DNA of 64,000 nucleotides from Acidimicrobiales bacterium (lineage in GTDB: Bacteria > Actinomycetota > Acidimicrobiia > Acidimicrobiales > UBA8190): NCBI GenBank assembly GCA_035531775.1, contig DATKSG010000014.1, positions 135 to 64,134 on the forward strand. Reading direction: 5' to 3'. Positions 38,178-47,834 of the stretch are shown one piece after another. A program made the translations under genes and the position numbers. The first letter of the stretch is position 1. Every line of letters begins with the position of its first letter. The notes below the pieces were generated by a model. It had not been told where the DNA came from, made no database searches, and saw only the letters and a list, made by a program, of their open reading frames with translations.

Positions 38178-39640
38178 CGTCCTCCTGTGGGCGTCGGCGC
38201 CGGGTGCGCTTGGAGCCGGGCCGAGTCGAGCTGCGCCGAGGTCGGCTCGGCGCAACAGAACCACGCCTCGGACAGACGTGGACGCTCATCGGGCGCAATC
38301 TGGGAGCGTAGGTCGGGATCCGACTGGGGTGGTGCTTCGGCGCGGTCGTGTATGTCGAGCAGTCGCCATGCCTCGGCCCGTACGGCGCGGTAGGCAGCCA
38401 TGTCGTCCCACGACTCGGCGTCGGCCAGCTGGGCCAAGGCCACGAGCCTCTGTTGCAGCACATCGAGGCGCCCATCGGTTGAAGTCCATTCCCAGCCCAG
38501 GTGCTCGGGGTCATACGGGCCCAGCAATCCGTCGAGGTCACCGCTATCGAGCAACAGCGACCCGGGCGGGACGAGCAGACGGATGGTGAACTGCACTGGG
38601 TCGACATTGCCGATTAGGTCGCAGTGAGCCACCAGGTCGAGCAAGTCGAGCAGGTCGCCGGCCGTCGTCCACGGAGTGAAGGGCAGCAGCGAGGGCCGGG
38701 GCTCGATGCCGGCGCTGCGCAGCACCTTGACGGCCTCGATCTCCTCGGCCACCGTGTGGCCCTTGTCGAGCCGGCGCAGCACGTCGTCGTTGGCCGACTC
38801 GAAGGCCGACACCACGAACAGGCAGCCGGCCCCGGCCATGGCCGGCCAGATCTCGGGGTGGGCCAGGATGTGCTCCACCTTGGCCGTGATGTCGAAGGTG
38901 AGGTCAGGGAAGGCCTGGTGTACGGCGTCGATCACCCGCCGGGCATGGTGTGGCCCGTTCAGGAAGTCGGGGTCGCCGAAGGTGAGGTGCTCGGCCCCCA
39001 TCCCCACGAGCTGGGCCACGTCGGCCAGCACCGACTCCACCTCGACCAATCGGGTGCGGCCGTTGTAGACCACCGGGACCGGGCAGTGACGGCAGCGATG
39101 CGCACACCCGTGGCTGGCCTCCACGTAACCGGCCATCCGGCTTTCGGAGCCCATGAGCAGACGGCTGTAGCGCTCGAGCGGCGGCAGCGACTTGCGGGCC
39201 GGCAAGCCGAATCGCTGGCGCCCGAGGTGAACCACAGTCGGGCCGACCTGGACGCGTCGTCGCTGCTCACTCGGGTCACCGAACCATGCCAACAGGCCCG
39301 GCTCGTACTCCCCGGCGATGGCCATGTCGGCCACGTGGGCCCCGTGGGCCCCGTCGTCGAGGCCGGCATAGAGACCGTAGAAGCACACGGCCAGGTCCGG
39401 GCGAAGGGTGCGAATGTGGGCGCAGGCTTGACGGGCCAGCCGCATGGCCGTGTGCATGGGCACCGACACGGCCACGGCGTGAGCCCACTGCACGTCTTCG
39501 GGCCGGAGGGTGTCCACCGACAGGTCGACGCAGCGGACATCGTGGCCGGCGCGCTGTAAGGCTCCAGCCGGACCGGCTACGTGCAGGGGTTGGTGCCCCA
39601 GCTCGTAGGTGGAGAGCAGCAAGGCGCGCACCGATCCCAC
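38174..39640 (-). CDS. B12-binding-domain radical SAM protein with C-terminal CCAEP motif
   Basis: N-terminal Rossmann-like (B12-binding-type) region, CX3CX2C cluster motif (GCAHRCRHC), and WFCCAEPT at 38243-38263 located 22 aa from the C-terminus. Confidence 0.85.
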   Translation of the reverse strand: MGSVRALLLSTYELGHQPLHVAGPAGALQRAGHDVRCVDLSVDTLRPEDVQWAHAVAVSVPMHTAMRLARQACAHIRTLRPDLAVCFYGLYAGLDDGAHGAHVADMAIAGEYEPGLLAWFGDPSEQRRRVQVGPTVVHLGRQRFGLPARKSLPPLERYSRLLMGSESRMAGYVEASHGCAHRCRHCPVPVVYNGRTRLVEVESVLADVAQLVGMGAEHLTFGDPDFLNGPHHARRVIDAVHQAFPDLTFDITAKVEHILAHPEIWPAMAGAGCLFVVSAFESANDDVLRRLDKGHTVAEEIEAVKVLRSAGIEPRPSLLPFTPWTTAGDLLDLLDLVAHCDLIGNVDPVQFTIRLLVPPGSLLLDSGDLDGLLGPYDPEHLGWEWTSTDGRLDVLQQRLVALAQLADAESWDDMAAYRAVRAEAWRLLDIHDRAEAPPQSDPDLRSQIAPDERPRLSEAWFCCAEPTSAQLDSARLQAHPAPTPTGGR

Positions 39641-39671
39641 CGTAGCGGCCGGCGCCGCCGACTTCGACGAC

Positions 39672-40967
39672 TCAGGTTTCGGTCGGGTCGACGCGCACGT
39701 CGATACAGGCCCAGGCGCGGCGTAGCGCCTGCTCGACGTCTTCGGGCCTGTCGCCAGAGGCGAAGACGAACGCCAGGTACCGGTTTCCCTCGGGGACCGG
39801 CGCCACAGCGCGCCCGAGGGCGATCGTAACTTCGAAGTCGGTGATGCCAGGCACGGCCAGGGCCCGGTCGCGCCCGTCTACGCCCCGCAGGATCCCGGCG
39901 CGGGGAATGGGGACCATTAGCACGCCGGCGGCACCGGCCCGGCGATCGAGGTCGCCGAGCTCGATGCCGAGGGCTTCGGCGATCACGAGCTCTTCGAGGC
40001 TGCGACCGGCCCCGAAGGCCAAGGTACGGGCGCACAGCCCACCGATGGTCCTGGCCGCCACCTCGATGACCGACGCCCGTCCCTGGTGCACGCGCACCTC
40101 GGCGTGGATCGGCCCTTGGCGCAGGCCGAGGGCCCTGGTGGCCGCCCCGACCGCTGAATGGGCGGCGGCCAGGTCGCCCGCCCCCAATCGGGACGGAGTC
40201 ACGTAGATGGTCTCCTCGAAGGCCGGCCCGTCGAGGGGATCGGGCTTGTCGAACACGGCCAGCACACGCAGCTCGCCGTCGTGCAACATGCCCTCCACGG
40301 CCACCTCCGGCCCTGGGACGAACCGCTCGACCAGGAGGGGCGCCGACGGGTCCACGCCGGCGGCCGAGGCGATGCGCCTGCTCCGGGCGACCGCCGCCAC
40401 CAGGGCTCCGGCGTCGTCGGCCCGAAGGACCCCCTGGCTGCCGGACAAGGTGGCCGGCTTCACCACGCATGGGTAGCCCACGAGCGCTCCGAGCCGAGCG
40501 ACGTCGTCGGGCCCGGCCTCCGCCGCCAAGGCGCCAAAGGGTGGCTGGGAGATCTCGGCTTCATGCAGCCGGGCCCGCATGGCCAGCTTGTCCCGGGCGG
40601 CGGCCACCGCGCCGGGCGGGTTGTGACGCAGGCCCAGACGCAGCGACGCCTCGGCCGCAACCGCCGTGGCCTGGTCGTCCACGGCCACCACGGCGTCGAT
40701 GGGGACGATGGCGTCGTGGGCCACGATGGCCTCCGCCCCGGCGGTGGCGTCGTCGAGTGGTACTTCGAGGCTGCGGCCGCCCATCAAGCCGGCCAAGGCG
40801 TGGGCCTGTTCGGTGCCCACCACCACCTCGACGCCGAGGGCCGTGGCGGCATCGAGGAAGTCGTCGGCCCGATAGGTAGACGAGGGGACGAGGAGGAGCA
40901 GCCGGGCCACCCTCCTATGATGGCTGGCGGGAGGTCCGACCATGGCAGAGTCCGTGCTCAACGTCAC
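39672..40967 (-). CDS. ATP-grasp domain protein (carboxylate-amine ligase-like)
   Basis: A pre-ATP-grasp strand (RLLLLVPSS), then KLAMRARL...GYPCVVKPATLSGSQGV...LVERFVPGPEVAVEG...IHAEV, typical of the ATP-grasp fold. The start is uncertain (GTG 40967, ATG 40943 or GTG 40910). Confidence 0.8.
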   Translation of the reverse strand: MTLSTDSAMVGPPASHHRRVARLLLLVPSSTYRADDFLDAATALGVEVVVGTEQAHALAGLMGGRSLEVPLDDATAGAEAIVAHDAIVPIDAVVAVDDQATAVAAEASLRLGLRHNPPGAVAAARDKLAMRARLHEAEISQPPFGALAAEAGPDDVARLGALVGYPCVVKPATLSGSQGVLRADDAGALVAAVARSRRIASAAGVDPSAPLLVERFVPGPEVAVEGMLHDGELRVLAVFDKPDPLDGPAFEETIYVTPSRLGAGDLAAAHSAVGAATRALGLRQGPIHAEVRVHQGRASVIEVAARTIGGLCARTLAFGAGRSLEELVIAEALGIELGDLDRRAGAAGVLMVPIPRAGILRGVDGRDRALAVPGITDFEVTIALGRAVAPVPEGNRYLAFVFASGDRPEDVEQALRRAWACIDVRVDPTET

Positions 40968-41565
40968 ACCGTCGGCGCGCAGCGTCGTCGTCGAGGCGCG
41001 AGCCGAGGAAGGCGACGCCGAGCGTCTCGCGCTGTGGGTGGAGGTGACCGGGGCCAGCGCCGGCTCCTACACCTACGACATCTACTTCCAAGCGGCGTCC
41101 GACGCTGGGGCGGGGGATGCGGTGGACCAAGCCGCCGAACTGACAGTCGTCGTCCCCGAGGCCAGCGTGGCCCGCCTCCGCGGCGCCCGGCTGGACTGGT
41201 CCGACGACGGTGAGGGTGGCCTCGTCATCCTCAATCCGAACACGCCGCCGAGGCCCGAGACCAGCGCCGTTCCCACCGGGGACCTGACCAGCGACCTGGC
41301 CCAACGGATCCTGGCCGTCCTCGAGGAGCAGGTGAACCCCTCCATCGCCTCCCATGGTGGCCGGGCCGACCTGGTGGCGGTGGAGGACGGCACCGCCTAT
41401 CTCCGCTTGAGCGGCGGATGCCAGGGCTGCGGGTTGGCCAAGGTGACCTTGTCGCAGGGCATCGAGGTGGCCTTGCGCGACTCGGTGCCCGAGCTCGTCT
41501 CGGTCGTGGACGTCACCGACCACGCCAGCGGTGACAACCCCTACTTCGAAGCAGCGAAGAAGTAA
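40942..41565 (+). CDS. Nfu/NifU-type Fe-S cluster carrier (NfuA-like: degenerate A-type N-domain + Nfu C-domain)
   Basis: The C-domain carries IASHGGRADLV...LRLSGGCQGCGLAKVTLSQGIE (CxxC). SD GGGAGG lies 7 nt upstream of ATG 40942. Confidence 0.8.
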   Translation: MAESVLNVTPSARSVVVEARAEEGDAERLALWVEVTGASAGSYTYDIYFQAASDAGAGDAVDQAAELTVVVPEASVARLRGARLDWSDDGEGGLVILNPNTPPRPETSAVPTGDLTSDLAQRILAVLEEQVNPSIASHGGRADLVAVEDGTAYLRLSGGCQGCGLAKVTLSQGIEVALRDSVPELVSVVDVTDHASGDNPYFEAAKK

Positions 41566-41629
41566 CGAAGCGACAGCGAAGCACCGACCACGGCAGACAG
41601 CCACGGCGGAAGTCGGTAGCGTCGCCGTA

Positions 41630-42412
41630 ATGGACGGGCTGGTCACAGCGGCGGCAGCGGTGGGTGGCCTCGTGGCCGGGGACCAGCTCGAGGTGGTGGT
41701 AGAGCGCGTCGGCGCCCGCGTGGGCTTCGAGCGCCCCTGGCACCGCTGCCCGAAGTGCGAACGCCCGGCTGCCGTGGCCGACAGCCTGCCGCTCGTCAGG
41801 GTGCTTGCCCGCCGGCACTGCCCGCATTGCGGTGGAGCCACCCCGTTCGCCACCCGCCCGCTCCTTATGGGCCTGGTCAGCGCCCTGGTGCTCGGAGCCA
41901 TGGCCACCCGCTTCGGCACCGACGTGGCCCTGGCGCCGTTCTGTGTGCTGGGCCTGGCGCTCGTGGCCATCAGCGCCGTGGATATCGAGCGCTACATGAT
42001 CCCCAACCGGATCGTCTATCCGACGTTGGTCGCCTTGATCCCTCTGCTCGTGCTGTCGTCGGCACTCGACCACCGCTGGGGGTCCCTGGCCCGGGCGGCC
42101 ATCGCCGGCGCTGTGGCCTTTGCCGGGTTCTTCGCCGTGCACCTGGCCGTGCCCAAGGGCATGGGCTTCGGCGACGTGCGCCTGTCCGGCGTCATCGGCG
42201 TGGCCACCGGGTGGCTCGGCCTCGGACACGCCTTCGTCGCCTTCTTCGCCGCCTTCGTCCTCGGGGCGGTAATCGGGATCGGCGTCATGGCTGTGACCCA
42301 CGGAGGTCGAAAGACACGGATCCCGTTCGGGCCCTTCATGGCAGCCGGTGCGGTGGTGGCCGTGCTGTGGGGCAACCCGTTGGCTCACGCCCTGTTCCAC
42401 CGGGGTGCCTGA
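41630..42412 (+). CDS. Prepilin peptidase (A24 family, PilD-like)
   Basis: N-terminal CPKC...CPHC pair, GMGFGDVRL active-site motif, multi-TM. ATG 41630 has TAGCGT 7 nt upstream. Confidence 0.8.
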   Translation: MDGLVTAAAAVGGLVAGDQLEVVVERVGARVGFERPWHRCPKCERPAAVADSLPLVRVLARRHCPHCGGATPFATRPLLMGLVSALVLGAMATRFGTDVALAPFCVLGLALVAISAVDIERYMIPNRIVYPTLVALIPLLVLSSALDHRWGSLARAAIAGAVAFAGFFAVHLAVPKGMGFGDVRLSGVIGVATGWLGLGHAFVAFFAAFVLGAVIGIGVMAVTHGGRKTRIPFGPFMAAGAVVAVLWGNPLAHALFHRGA

Positions 42413-42439
42413 AAGGGCGGCCACCACAACACCGGGCGG

Positions 42440-42445
42440 TAGATT
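42440..42445 (+). promoter_or_regulatory. Candidate -10 box (TAGATT) giving a leaderless aroC transcript
   Basis: TANNNT hexamer 6 nt upstream of ATG 42452. No Shine-Dalgarno sequence lies in the 39-bp gap. Confidence 0.35.
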
Positions 42446-42451
42446 TGTCCG

Positions 42452-43639
42452 ATGCTCCGGTACCTCACGGCGGGTGAGTCGCACGGCAAGGCCCTCGTCG
42501 TGATCGTGGAGGGCCTGCCGGCCGGCCTGCCGGTCACCGTGGCCGACATTGCCGGGGAGCTGGGACGACGCCGGCTGGGGTTCGGCCGCGGCCCCCGGAT
42601 GCGCTTCGAGGCCGACGAAGTCGAGCTGCTCGGTGGGATTCGCCACGGCCGCACCCTGGGCTCGCCGGTGGCCATCGAGATCGCCAACAGCGAGTGGCCG
42701 AAATGGGAGCAGGAGATGTCGCCCCACCCCGGTGCTCCGGCCAAGGTCTTGACCCAGCCCCGCCCCGGGCATGCCGACCTGGCCGGAATGCAGAAGTACG
42801 GCTTCGACGATGCCCGCGACGTCCTCGAGCGCGCCTCGGCTCGTGAGACGGCGGCTCGCGTGGCGGCCGGGTGTCTGGCCAAGTCGCTGCTGGCCCATCT
42901 CGGCGTGGCCCTGGTCAGCCACGTGGTGGCCCTCGGCGGGGAGGAGGCGTCGGCCCTGGCGCGCCCTTCGCCTGGGGACCTCGAACGGGTGGACCAGTCG
43001 CCGGTGCGCTGCTTCGACTCAGAAGCCGAGGGCCGAATGGTGAGCGCGGTCAAGGCGGCGGCCAAGGATGGGGACTCGCTCGGGGGCGTGGTCGAGGTCC
43101 TGGCCTACGGGGTGCCGGTGGGCCTCGGCAGCCATGTGCACTGGGACCGCCGCCTCGACGGCCTATTGGCTCAAGCCCTCATGAGCATCCAGGCCATCAA
43201 GTACGTGGAGATCGGTGAAGGCGCGAGCGTGTCGGCTCGCCGCGGATCTGAAGCCCACGACGCCATCACCTGGGACGGCAACACCGCCGACTACCGGCGC
43301 CAGACCACACGTGCCGGTGGGATCGAAGGCGGCATGTCGACCGGCGGGCTGGTGGTGGCCAGGGTGGGCATGAAGCCGCTGGCCACCTTGAACCGTCCCG
43401 TGCTCGGCACCGTCGACGTGGTGACCAAGGAGGAGACGGTTTCGTTCAAAGAGCGCACCGACGTCACCGCCGTACCGGCCATGGGCGTGGTGGCCGAGAC
43501 CATGACGGCGCTGGTGCTGGCCGACGAGGCGCTGCGGAAGTTCGGCGGTGATTCGCTGGCCGAAGTGGTGCGCAACCACCGCGGCTATGTCCAGGCCATG
43601 GGGGCCACGCCGTCGGCCGCGCTCGGCCACGGTGGCTGA
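42452..43639 (+). CDS. aroC: Chorismate synthase
   Basis: N-terminus [26 protein letters not shown] plus family-wide similarity. Confidence 0.95.
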   Translation: MLRYLTAGESHGKALVVIVEGLPAGLPVTVADIAGELGRRRLGFGRGPRMRFEADEVELLGGIRHGRTLGSPVAIEIANSEWPKWEQEMSPHPGAPAKVLTQPRPGHADLAGMQKYGFDDARDVLERASARETAARVAAGCLAKSLLAHLGVALVSHVVALGGEEASALARPSPGDLERVDQSPVRCFDSEAEGRMVSAVKAAAKDGDSLGGVVEVLAYGVPVGLGSHVHWDRRLDGLLAQALMSIQAIKYVEIGEGASVSARRGSEAHDAITWDGNTADYRRQTTRAGGIEGGMSTGGLVVARVGMKPLATLNRPVLGTVDVVTKEETVSFKERTDVTAVPAMGVVAETMTALVLADEALRKFGGDSLAEVVRNHRGYVQAMGATPSAALGHGG

Positions 43640-44162
43640 GCGCCTGCTTCTCGTCGGCATGATGGGCGCCGGCAAGTCCACCGTGGGACCGTTGGTGGCC
43701 GATCGCCTGCAGGTCCGGTTCGTCGACTTGGACGACGAGATCGAACGATCGCTCGGGTGCAGCATTGCCGACGTGTTCGCCGAGCACGGCGAACCGTGGT
43801 TCCGCCGACACGAAGCGGCCGCGCTGACCGAAGTGCTGGGCGGCGACGGCGACGCCGTGGTGTCGTTGGGCGGCGGCGCCGTGGTAGCTGACGGGAACCG
43901 CTCCGCGCTGGTCACAGGGGGGTTCGTGGTGTGGCTGCGGGCCCGGGTCGAGGTCCTGGCGGCCCGGGTCGGCACCGGAGTGCAGCGGCCCCTTCTGGGC
44001 GTGGGCGACCCTCAACGCCGGCTGGAGGCGCTGTACGAGGAGCGTGGACCGCTCTACGAAGAGGTGGCCGATGCCGTGGTGGACGTGGATGGCCTCGACC
44101 CCTCCGAGGTGGCCGACCTGGTGGTGGCGGCCTGGCGCAGAGCCGCCGGCGGGTCGAGGTGA
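43632..44162 (+). CDS. aroK: Shikimate kinase
   Basis: P-loop [18 protein letters not shown] 43632 overlaps the aroC 3' end by 8 nt. The ORF-track start at 43548 is too far upstream. Confidence 0.9.
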   Translation: MAERLLLVGMMGAGKSTVGPLVADRLQVRFVDLDDEIERSLGCSIADVFAEHGEPWFRRHEAAALTEVLGGDGDAVVSLGGGAVVADGNRSALVTGGFVVWLRARVEVLAARVGTGVQRPLLGVGDPQRRLEALYEERGPLYEEVADAVVDVDGLDPSEVADLVVAAWRRAAGGSR

Positions 44163-45196
44163 TCTCCGTCGGGGTCGACCTCGGCCACCGGTCCTACGAG
44201 GTCCTCGTGGGCGCCGGGGCCCGACACGCCCTGGCCGACGTGGTGCCGGCGTCGGCCCGCCTGGCTGCCGTGGTCACCCAGCCCGGAATCGACGTGGGCA
44301 TCGACCCCGGCATCGAGGCCGAGCGCTTCTTGATCGGGCCCGGCGAGGCGGCCAAGTCGCTGTCCACCGTGGAGGAGCTGTGCCGGGGCTTCGCCCGGGC
44401 CGGGTTATCGCGCCGAGACGTGGTGGTGGCCGTGGGCGGTGGGGTGGTGACCGACGTGGCCGGCTTTGCCGCCGCCACGTACTTGCGGGGCATCGCCTAC
44501 GTCAACGTGGCCACCACCTTGTTGGCTCAGGTCGATGCGGCCATCGGGGGCAAGACCGGCGTGAACCTGCCCGAGGGCAAGAACCTGGTGGGCGCCTTCT
44601 GGCAGCCGGCCGCCGTGTTGTGCGATACGGATGTGCTCTCCACCCTGCCCCGGCGCGAGTGGGCGTCGGGAAGAGGGGAGATGGCCAAGTACGCCTTCAT
44701 CGGCGGATCGCCGCCTGGAGCCGGCTTCCTCGAGCTCCCACTCGAGGAGCAGGTGGCTCGGTGCGTGGGCATCAAAGCAGAAGTGGTGTCGGGCGACGAG
44801 CGCGAGGGGGGCCGCCGGATGCTGCTCAATTACGGCCACACCCTGGCTCACGCGCTGGAGGCCGTGGGGTACGGGCCCGAGGGGGGGGTGGACCTGCGCC
44901 ATGGTGAGGCGGTGGCGGTCGGGCTCGTCTTCGCCGCCGAGCTGGCCCGACACCTCGGGCGCATCGAAGACGACCGGGTGGCCCTGCACCGCCAGGTGGT
45001 GGGCCAGTTCGACCTTCCCTCCGACATCCCCAACGGCGTATCGGCCCGGGCGCTGGTGGCTTTCATGGGACGCGACAAGAAGGCCGATCACGACCTGACT
45101 TTCGTCCTCGACGGCCCCGGCGGCGTCGAGCCGGTCGGGGGCGTGGGGGCCGAGGACGTCCTCGCTACCCTGTCGTCCATGGGATGTACCCGGTGA
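44159..45196 (+). CDS. aroB: 3-dehydroquinate synthase
   Basis: Motifs GGGVVTDVAGFAAATYLRGI, GGKTGVNL and NYGHTLAHALE. GTGA overlap with aroK. Confidence 0.9.
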   Translation: MISVGVDLGHRSYEVLVGAGARHALADVVPASARLAAVVTQPGIDVGIDPGIEAERFLIGPGEAAKSLSTVEELCRGFARAGLSRRDVVVAVGGGVVTDVAGFAAATYLRGIAYVNVATTLLAQVDAAIGGKTGVNLPEGKNLVGAFWQPAAVLCDTDVLSTLPRREWASGRGEMAKYAFIGGSPPGAGFLELPLEEQVARCVGIKAEVVSGDEREGGRRMLLNYGHTLAHALEAVGYGPEGGVDLRHGEAVAVGLVFAAELARHLGRIEDDRVALHRQVVGQFDLPSDIPNGVSARALVAFMGRDKKADHDLTFVLDGPGGVEPVGGVGAEDVLATLSSMGCTR

Positions 45197-45651
45197 GCGC
45201 GTCGAAGCCGTTGGTCGTGCTGTTGTCGGGCCCGAACCTGAGCCTGCTCGGCCAGCGCCAGCCCGAGATCTATGGCCCCGAGATCCTGGCCGAGCATGTG
45301 GTCGCCGCCACCGAGGAGGCCCACGCCCTGGGCCTGGCCATGGAGCACCATCAGAGCGAGCATGAAGGCGAACTGGTGGAGCAGGTCCATCGGGCCAGGG
45401 GCCGTGCCGCCGCCCTGGTGGTGAACGCCGGGGCCCTGACCCACTACTCCTGGGCCCTGCATGACGCCCTGGCCTCGTTCGACGGCGTGGTGGTGGAGCT
45501 CCACCTGTCCAACCCGGCTGGCCGCGAGCCGTTCCGCCACACGTCGGTGGTGGCGCCGGTGGCCGACGGGACAATCGCCGGCTTCGGTGGCCTCGGCTAC
45601 CGCTTGGCCATGGTGGCCGTGGCTCGTCGCTTGGGCACCGGCTCGAGGTGA
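45184..45651 (+). CDS. aroQ: Type II 3-dehydroquinate dehydratase
   Basis: Motifs LSGPNLSLLGQRQPEIYG, HQSEHEGELV and LHLSNP. GTG 45193 (GTGA overlap with aroB) is an alternative start. Confidence 0.9.
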   Translation: MYPVSASKPLVVLLSGPNLSLLGQRQPEIYGPEILAEHVVAATEEAHALGLAMEHHQSEHEGELVEQVHRARGRAAALVVNAGALTHYSWALHDALASFDGVVVELHLSNPAGREPFRHTSVVAPVADGTIAGFGGLGYRLAMVAVARRLGTGSR

Positions 45652-46775
45652 CGGGCCCGGGGCCCGCTCCCACCGGTGCCGTCGCGGTCGGCGGGCGTCT
45701 CGAACGCCTGAGGGCCCTGCTATCGGAAGCCGGTGTCGACGCCTTGCTCGTCTCGGAGCTGGCCAACATCCGGTACCTGACCGGCTTCACCGGGTCAGCC
45801 GGGCTGGTACTGGTAGCCCCCGACGAAGCGTTTCTGGCCACCGACGGCCGCTACCGCACCCAGGGCGCCGAGCAGGTGCAGGCGGCCGGGGCCGGGCGCG
45901 CTGTGGAAGTAGTGGTGGGCGGGCTCGCCGCCCAGCGTGACGCCCTGGTCGGGGCGCTAGGACGCAGCGCCGTGCGCCGCCTCGGCCTCGAGGCCCACGC
46001 CATCACGTGGGCCGAGCAACGACGCTGGTCCGAAGCCGCCAGGGCAGTGATGGTGGTGCCCACCACGGGTTTGGTGGAGGGCTTACGACAGGTGAAGGAC
46101 GCCGCCGAGCTCGAGCGCATGGCCTATGCCGCCGCGCTGGCCGACGCCGCATTGGCCGAGACCCTCGCCATGCTGGGCACCGGGCCGACTGAGGCCGAGG
46201 TGGCCCTGGCCCTCGATTCGGCCATGCGCCGGCTTGGGGCCGAGGACCGGGCCTTCTCCACCATCGTGGCGTCGGGTCCCAACGCGGCGAAACCCCACGC
46301 CCGCCCCGGCGGCCGGCGCATCACGGGCGGGGACCCGGTGGTGGTCGACTTTGGCGCCGTCTACGACGGGTACCGCTCGGATATGACCCGCACCTTCGTG
46401 GTGGGGGGCGACCCCGGGCCCGACCTGGCCCGCATGTGGGAGGTGGTGGCCGGGGCCCAGCAGGCCGGGGTGGGCGCCGTGCGGGCCGGGGTGGCGACGG
46501 GCGAGGTGGACCGGGTCTGCCGGGAATGGATCACCGCAGCGGGTCTGGGCGACGCCTTCGAACACGGAACCGGCCACGGCGTGGGACTCGACATCCACGA
46601 GGCCCCGTCGGTCGGCCCGGGGGCCACTGCTATCCTCGCCAACGGCATCGTCGTCACCGTCGAGCCGGGTGTGTACGTGCCCGGAGTCGGGGGGGTCCGC
46701 ATCGAGGACACCGTGGTGGTGACCGAGCACGGATGCCGGGTGCTCACCAACTTTCCGAAGGACTTCGTCGCCTGA
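45648..46775 (+). CDS. pepP: M24-family Xaa-Pro aminopeptidase
   Basis: Creatinase-like N-domain plus metal ligands of the pita-bread fold (VVDFGAVYDGYRSDMTRT, HGTGHGVGLDIHE, VEPGVY). GTGA overlap with aroQ. Confidence 0.85.
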   Translation: MTGPGPAPTGAVAVGGRLERLRALLSEAGVDALLVSELANIRYLTGFTGSAGLVLVAPDEAFLATDGRYRTQGAEQVQAAGAGRAVEVVVGGLAAQRDALVGALGRSAVRRLGLEAHAITWAEQRRWSEAARAVMVVPTTGLVEGLRQVKDAAELERMAYAAALADAALAETLAMLGTGPTEAEVALALDSAMRRLGAEDRAFSTIVASGPNAAKPHARPGGRRITGGDPVVVDFGAVYDGYRSDMTRTFVVGGDPGPDLARMWEVVAGAQQAGVGAVRAGVATGEVDRVCREWITAAGLGDAFEHGTGHGVGLDIHEAPSVGPGATAILANGIVVTVEPGVYVPGVGGVRIEDTVVVTEHGCRVLTNFPKDFVA

Positions 46776-47335
46776 TGGCCGTCACCACCAACGATCTGCG
46801 CAACGGGATGACCCTCGACCTTCCCGAGGGGTTGTTCGGGGTGGTCGAGTTCCAGCACGTGAAGCCGGGCAAGGGCGGGGCCTTCGTCCGCACCAAGCTC
46901 AAGAACGTGCGCACCGGGGCCGTGATCGAGCGCACCTTCCGGGCCGACGAGCGCGTCGAGCAGGCCATCGTCGACAAGCGCGAGATGCAGTACCTCTACC
47001 GCGACGGCGCCGATTACGTGTTCATGGACACGTCGTCCTACGACCAGATCCATGTGAGTCCCGACACCCTCGGCGACGCCGCCAACTTCGTCAAAGAGGG
47101 CGACAACGCCGTGCTCCAGCTGTACGGCACGGAGATCGTGGGGGTGGACCTGCCGGCCTCGGTGGAGCTCACCGTGGCCGAGACCGAGCCCGGGATCCAA
47201 GGCGACCGGGTGTCGGGGGCCCGGAAGCCGGCCACCCTCGAAACCGGCCTGGTCGTGCAGGTGCCGCTCTTCGTGAACCCCGGGGACCGCTTGAAGGTCG
47301 ACACCCGCACGTCCGAGTACATCACCCGGGCCTGA
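46775..47335 (+). CDS. efp: Elongation factor P
   Basis: MAVTTNDLRNGMTLDL...FQHVKPGKGGAFVRTKLKN. The ATG shares one nucleotide with the pepP stop (TGATG). Confidence 0.95.
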   Translation: MAVTTNDLRNGMTLDLPEGLFGVVEFQHVKPGKGGAFVRTKLKNVRTGAVIERTFRADERVEQAIVDKREMQYLYRDGADYVFMDTSSYDQIHVSPDTLGDAANFVKEGDNAVLQLYGTEIVGVDLPASVELTVAETEPGIQGDRVSGARKPATLETGLVVQVPLFVNPGDRLKVDTRTSEYITRA

Positions 47336-47357
47336 CGGCCACCGGCGGGGGACGACG

Positions 47358-47783
47358 GTGCCACCGGCCACCAGGCCTGACCCGGCCGCACCGGTCGGGC
47401 CCCGCCACCAGGCCCGAGAGCGGGCACTCAGCCTGCTCTACGAGGCCGAGATCAAGCATGTGACCACGGCCGAGGTGGTAGACGCCCTGGCCGCCACCCC
47501 CGACGCCTTCGCTCTGGCTCTGGTCCAGGGCGTGGCCGCCCACCTGGCCCGTATCGACCAGCTGCTGGCCGGAGCCGCCGTGGGCTGGGACGTGGCCCGC
47601 ATGCCGGCCGTGGACCGCGCCGTGCTGCGCCTGGCCGTCTACGAGTTGCTGGAAGGACCGGCCGTACCGGTGGCCGTTGTCATCGACGAGGCGGTGGAGT
47701 TGGTGAAGCAGTACTCGACCGAGGAGTCGGGGCGGTTCGTGAACGGGGTGTTGTCGACCATCGCCGCCCAACTGCGAGCCTGA
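47358..47783 (+). CDS. nusB: Transcription antitermination factor NusB
   Basis: ARERALSLLYEAE...DRAVLRLAVYELL...VVIDEAVELVKQYS...FVNGVL. Confidence 0.9.
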   Translation: MPPATRPDPAAPVGPRHQARERALSLLYEAEIKHVTTAEVVDALAATPDAFALALVQGVAAHLARIDQLLAGAAVGWDVARMPAVDRAVLRLAVYELLEGPAVPVAVVIDEAVELVKQYSTEESGRFVNGVLSTIAAQLRA

Positions 47784-47834
47784 CAGCGCCCGGCCACGGC
47801 GCCCGGCTCCTGGTAGCATCGACCTGACCGTGAA

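Noticed and set aside
38243-38257. Possible selenocysteine recoding in the radical SAM tail (the CUAEP version of the motif).
   Set aside because: The codons here are TGT TGC (Cys-Cys). There is no in-frame TGA and no need for a SECIS element, so this is the CCAEP (Cys) form.
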